From the UHGV virus genome UHGV-0019120: DNA of 31,192 nucleotides. One strand, written 5' to 3'. Under the pieces are notes generated by a model that worked only from the letters and a program-made list of their open reading frames with translations, did no database searches and had not been told where the DNA came from. Of this stretch, positions 27,226-31,192 are shown one piece after another. Origin of the DNA: a virus. The translations under genes and the position numbers were made by a program. Positions within the stretch are counted from its first letter, which is position 1. Every line of letters begins with the position of its first letter.

Positions 27226-27408
27226 TTAATCCTCATTAAACACGTCAATCCATGCGACGATTCGCCTCAACCGAAGCGAAAGCCAGTAGGATATAGGTGT
27301 TGATTGAGATGATTGAGATAGAGAACTCGCGGCCCTCATTATTTGCTTATCAATAGGTTTTTGCTCATCAAAACCTACGAGAGCAAAAAATTCTGTACCT
27401 TTTGACAA
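27226..27408 (-). CDS. tail chaperone frameshift extension (E-prime-like)
   Basis: No ATG; lies in the -1 frame relative to the chaperone gene, overlapping its 3' end across slippery heptamer TTTTTTG. Confidence 0.5.
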   Translation of the reverse strand: MSKGTEFFALVGFDEQKPIDKQIMRAASSLSQSSQSTPISYWLSLRLRRIVAWIDVFNED

Positions 27409-27656
27409 ACTTTAACAAAGTCTTTCGCTGGTAATCCATTCAGATACTCTATTGGACGACCAATACAGCGAGCAGCCAAGGCTGCATGGACTTTATTATC
27501 AAGTGATGTTTGAACTGAAACATGCCCTTGAGATTGCAGTAAGTCCGATACCTCTAAAATATCACTGCCTTTTAGGTTGTCTAAATCAAGGTTGAGTTCA
27601 GTCACCGGCTCAAAGTCTTCAAAACGATATTCTTTACTTAATTTAACGGTTTCCAT
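27375..27656 (-). CDS. tail assembly chaperone (P2 gpE-like)
   Basis: 93 aa, acidic, between tube and tape measure; ends ...QNFLLS with TTTTTTG embedded in the last codons. Confidence 0.6.
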   Translation of the reverse strand: METVKLSKEYRFEDFEPVTELNLDLDNLKGSDILEVSDLLQSQGHVSVQTSLDNKVHAALAARCIGRPIEYLNGLPAKDFVKVCQKVQNFLLS

Positions 27657-27665
27657 TTTGTCACC

Positions 27666-28187
27666 TTATAAACCTAAATCATCACGAACGCTTTTTAATA
27701 TATCTTCACCATCAAAGATACAAATAAAGTTCAACTTATCAATTTCCAGGACTTCTTTTCCATCAATAAATAATTTGATATAGAGAACTTCAAATTCATT
27801 CTCTGAATCAGTAGCCTTTGCCACCTGTAGCGAACCTAAATCCAGTTTTTTAGGGTTTAGCTTCATTGAAGCCCGAATAGGAACCGTTTTATATTTTCCT
27901 GTTCCTGCATCATAAACCTGCTGGCTACCGCGAAAATCTACCTGATGCGATGAGGATAGAAATAATTTTGTACCAGCAGAGGTCAGAGTTCGCCATTTAA
28001 GAGAGACAGTCATTGGTTTGAAATGCCCCAGCGTTCCGCTCTCAAGCTCTCCAGCGATACCTGCACCACTAACAGTTTCTGTCATCATCTCAATTGATGG
28101 CAGCTTTGCGTCAGCAACACCGATAATACGGTTTCCTTCACCGTATACTGTAAAGTTAATAAGTCTCTCAGGAATTTGATTGCTCAA
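27666..28187 (-). CDS. tail tube protein (P2 FII-like)
   Basis: 173 aa; INFTVYGEGNRIIGV...LPSIE and C-terminal FIDGKEVLEIDKLNFI parallel P2 FII. Confidence 0.7.
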   Translation of the reverse strand: MSNQIPERLINFTVYGEGNRIIGVADAKLPSIEMMTETVSGAGIAGELESGTLGHFKPMTVSLKWRTLTSAGTKLFLSSSHQVDFRGSQQVYDAGTGKYKTVPIRASMKLNPKKLDLGSLQVAKATDSENEFEVLYIKLFIDGKEVLEIDKLNFICIFDGEDILKSVRDDLGL

Positions 28188-28203
28188 AGCAACCTCCTAT
28201 TAT

Positions 28204-29667
28204 TTATTCAGAAAACAAGTTCAGCAGATAATCAGGATTATATTCCATGACGAACTCTATATCTCTGGCAGGTGAGAATGGTGTCATTTTCACATGGAAT
28301 TTAACAATCCCGTCCATCAATGACGTAATCGTGTTTTCAGACTGATCAAAGGTAACAACACCACCTGCAATATCCTGATTACCAGTGAGGCCGTTAAGCC
28401 AAATATTCGCACTAGTAACAATCGATTCAATTAATCGACGGTTTGCAGGATTGTCTATTTTTGACCAATGCGAAAGAATTAACGTATTACCCACCCAGTT
28501 AAACATACGTCGGCAAACACGAAATGCGTCTTTGGGGTCTGTAGATGTTGGATAAATAGCATTACGGTTTCCCCATGATTTCCAACCATCAAAATTAAGG
28601 CTTGTTACAATCCCCTGTCCATTTAAGTAGTTTGCCTGGCTAATGTTAAGCCATACCTCACTGCCATCTTTACGTACAGCACCGTCCATCTGTAGTTTTA
28701 TATTTGACGGAGAACGTGATGGAATATCACCATACTGACTATCCAGCAAGCATGTTGCTGCCGCTAAATGGGTTGAGTGATGGTAAATATTGTCACCAAG
28801 TTTCACCATCGGCCAGCACACTGTCTGGTTAGCTGCCATATGATTATTGTTCTGCTTCCATTCAGGAACAGCAGAATAATCACTGATAGTAGATTTATCA
28901 GTCGGCGCATCGGTGATAGCTTCTGCTTTGAACAATTCACTAATCAGCGCAGCTTTAGCCGCCATTAGCTGGCCAACTTCACTATCAGAACTAAATCCAG
29001 GCGCAATCACTTGTCCTGGAACTAGTTTGAAGCGGGGATAAACATCCGACAGTAACTCAAGCCCCGTATTCGCTTTAGTGTTGGAATCCACACCACCAAT
29101 AATATCGTTTTTAGTTACAGCCCCGGGATCAAGATGCGTATAACTAACCTTAAGAGTGGCGTCTTTTTCAGTAATTTTTCCTCCGCTAATAGCGGTAATG
29201 ACCGTATAGCCATTATCATCCAGCGCCAGTACATAATCTGTATCAACCGTTAACCCTGGAGAATCACCATCTGCTTTTTTCACAACAACAGATTTATATA
29301 AGACACCATCGTTAGAGAGCGTACCTTTCCCGCCAGAAAGTTTTACTACCTCATCAGTTACGTCTTTCTTATGCTTTGCTGGATCAAGCACATTGATAAA
29401 TACAACTGGCGCAACACCATATATTCCAAATGCGACTTTAATTACTTCGCTTAAAGTATATTTCTCGAAGTTTGTGCTATATCCTATTTTAGATACGGCC
29501 TCTGCGTATGTATAAGCAATGATAGGTTTATTTACCGCTGAGGCTGGATCTTCTAACTGATTAACAGGAGCTGTACCAAATGCGACAATCAACCCAGCAC
29601 TAACTTGTACTGGAGGAGTTATAGATGTAGCCAGCTCAGATATATAAATACCGTGGCGATATCCCAT
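28204..29667 (-). CDS. contractile tail sheath protein (P2 FI-like)
   Basis: 487 aa; C-terminal WGNR...KFHVKM...Y block resembles sheath proteins. Confidence 0.8.
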   Translation of the reverse strand: MGYRHGIYISELATSITPPVQVSAGLIVAFGTAPVNQLEDPASAVNKPIIAYTYAEAVSKIGYSTNFEKYTLSEVIKVAFGIYGVAPVVFINVLDPAKHKKDVTDEVVKLSGGKGTLSNDGVLYKSVVVKKADGDSPGLTVDTDYVLALDDNGYTVITAISGGKITEKDATLKVSYTHLDPGAVTKNDIIGGVDSNTKANTGLELLSDVYPRFKLVPGQVIAPGFSSDSEVGQLMAAKAALISELFKAEAITDAPTDKSTISDYSAVPEWKQNNNHMAANQTVCWPMVKLGDNIYHHSTHLAAATCLLDSQYGDIPSRSPSNIKLQMDGAVRKDGSEVWLNISQANYLNGQGIVTSLNFDGWKSWGNRNAIYPTSTDPKDAFRVCRRMFNWVGNTLILSHWSKIDNPANRRLIESIVTSANIWLNGLTGNQDIAGGVVTFDQSENTITSLMDGIVKFHVKMTPFSPARDIEFVMEYNPDYLLNLFSE

Positions 29668-29957
29668 TATTTAATCTCCATGATAGAAGAAGAAACTCTA
29701 GAGTACATTACATACTCGACACTGGTTTTATCAGAAAGTCTTTTTTCTGCATCTGAAAAATCACTGGTTGCCACAAACAAACACTTTGCACCAGGAATAT
29801 GTGATATTAATTTTTCACACTCTGGAGATAAGCCATTCTTAAATAGTTTATGCTTCAAAATTGAGAGTTGAGGGATTGTTGGCCCTATATATACAAATAT
29901 TTGAGCAACATCTTCCTTCTTTTCTATATCTTCTTTACTACTTTTCTTATTAGCCAT
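29667..29957 (-). CDS. hypothetical protein
   Basis: 96-aa ORF upstream of sheath; AT-rich. Confidence 0.35.
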   Translation of the reverse strand: MANKKSSKEDIEKKEDVAQIFVYIGPTIPQLSILKHKLFKNGLSPECEKLISHIPGAKCLFVATSDFSDAEKRLSDKTSVEYVMYSRVSSSIMEIK

Positions 29958-30443
29958 TTAGATAAACTCCTGAGACTGAATATTCTGAGGCTTTAATACT
30001 AGCCACGTTCCAGTTGCTTCCGTTATCCAATATGGATATGGTTGATCATCAAACATTCGCCATCTGATATCACCCTGAAAGAGAAATTTCTCTTCAAGTA
30101 AAGGCTTCTCCTGAAAATGAAACATCATCCTTTCAAGAAGAGCCATTACCCATTCATATCCAGTATGGTCCTCACAAAAACCACCTAGAAGAAACTTAAC
30201 CTTAACTTCATCCGTTTCAGGCTGCATTCCTCCTTCCGTGGGCCTGATAATCACATGAGGAAATTCTGGCGGTTTATCTGGAGATGGTTGTGATTTAGGA
30301 GGCAAGTACCCTTTAAATATTGTTGGAACAAACAATTTAATATCGCTGTCTGTTTCATCATAAGGAGGCCCCTGCACTAATAAATCATGGAAAACCTCAT
30401 GTTCCAACCGATTTTTTATTGCATCTATCAAAAGATTAATCAA
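29958..30443 (-). CDS. hypothetical virion protein (possible tail completion/neck)
   Basis: 161 aa; assignment by position only. Confidence 0.4.
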   Translation of the reverse strand: MINLLIDAIKNRLEHEVFHDLLVQGPPYDETDSDIKLFVPTIFKGYLPPKSQPSPDKPPEFPHVIIRPTEGGMQPETDEVKVKFLLGGFCEDHTGYEWVMALLERMMFHFQEKPLLEEKFLFQGDIRWRMFDDQPYPYWITEATGTWLVLKPQNIQSQEFI

Positions 30444-30784
30444 ATCGGCATTCCTCTGTTAGTATTAACAGTGAGAGTTATTTCCAATACACCAACATTA
30501 TCTGATACTTCATCAACAATATAATTTTTACCGTTGATTTTCATTGACTGGTCTTTGACAGGGAGAACAGGAAAATCTTTTCTTGAAACAAATAATATTA
30601 TTTGCCCCTGATTTATTCCCTCTGCAAACTCAGCATATGAGCGTTTATTCCGCTCATGAATAAGGTCTGTATCAATAACGGCAAGGATATCCTTGCCGTC
30701 TATGTTATATGTATCGGCAAACTCTTTTTCATTGAGGAATATTGCAGAAATATCTTGCGCTATAACCTCTTTGAAGGAGTTCAT
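30440..30784 (-). CDS. hypothetical virion protein
   Basis: 114 aa; translationally coupled to neighbours. Confidence 0.4.
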   Translation of the reverse strand: MNSFKEVIAQDISAIFLNEKEFADTYNIDGKDILAVIDTDLIHERNKRSYAEFAEGINQGQIILFVSRKDFPVLPVKDQSMKINGKNYIVDEVSDNVGVLEITLTVNTNRGMPI

Positions 30785-31176
30785 TACTTCTTATTACCTT
30801 TTTTTTGCGTTGATTTTTTCGCATTACTGGTATCAGAAGTAGCTACAGATTCAGATGAATCATCAGCAACCATTTCCTCATTGCCGCCATCATCCTCAAA
30901 CTCAACCTCGAATACACAGCTACCCGCCTCCGTTCGCGTAATCAACCCCGCGTCCACAGCATCATTAACAGCAGATGCGTATCCATGCTCAAAAGCTAAC
31001 TTAGCAGCATCATAGCCCCCAGCCGATGCCAAATCACCATCCTCTTCGGTGGCAATAGCATGTCCTGACGCAATCAGTTCGGCAATTCTGGAGTTATCCA
31101 TTAGCCCATTAAGCAAACGGCCCGCTTTTAGCGAGCCGTGGCTTATCGTATCAATGTTTTTAATCAGTCTGGCCAT
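30784..31176 (-). CDS. hypothetical virion protein with acidic/basic C-terminal tail
   Basis: 130 aa; AAGGTGG RBS upstream of ATG 31176. Confidence 0.4.
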   Translation of the reverse strand: MARLIKNIDTISHGSLKAGRLLNGLMDNSRIAELIASGHAIATEEDGDLASAGGYDAAKLAFEHGYASAVNDAVDAGLITRTEAGSCVFEVEFEDDGGNEEMVADDSSESVATSDTSNAKKSTQKKGNKK

Positions 31177-31192
31177 TTAAACCACCTTAGCC

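Noticed and set aside
1-31192. CRISPR array
   Set aside because: No series of short, regularly spaced direct repeats; the repeats present are AT-rich operator-like motifs and one 102-bp duplication.
1-31192. Integrase, attachment site, lysis cassette
   Set aside because: No tyrosine/serine recombinase-like ORF and no holin/endolysin-like ORFs were recognised; these may lie outside the window.

Overview
The window reads as a temperate phage-plasmid-like element with three modules. Coordinates 1-16100 hold regulation and maintenance: a lambdoid-style early operon on the minus strand ending in a Q-like antiterminator, divergent Cro-like and CI-like (HTH plus S24-like) repressor genes with 15-bp palindromic operators, a ParA ATPase with a ribbon-helix-helix partner flanked by AT-rich TATAGATTT repeat arrays, an antirepressor operon preceded by a structured non-coding region, a HigB/HigA-like toxin-antitoxin pair, and an IncFII-type RepA with a downstream AT-rich origin candidate carrying a perfect DnaA box. 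Coordinates 16100-16670 hold a hexapeptide-repeat acetyltransferase. Coordinates 16633-31176 hold a P2-like contractile tail module on the minus strand (sheath, tube, chaperone with a TTTTTTG frameshift site, tape measure, X, D, V, W, J, I, tail fibre, fibre assembly). No integrase, lysis, head, tRNA or CRISPR features were found. The leads most worth follow-up are (1) a candidate P1 c4-like antisense-RNA switch upstream of the antirepressor operon, (2) the CI-type operator palindrome recurring in front of repA, (3) the TATAGATTT motif shared by the par locus and several unrelated promoters, and (4) a 102-bp promoter block duplicated at 101/102 identity. All protein family calls come from reading the translations and recalling motifs, not from database searches, so they are hypotheses of varying strength.
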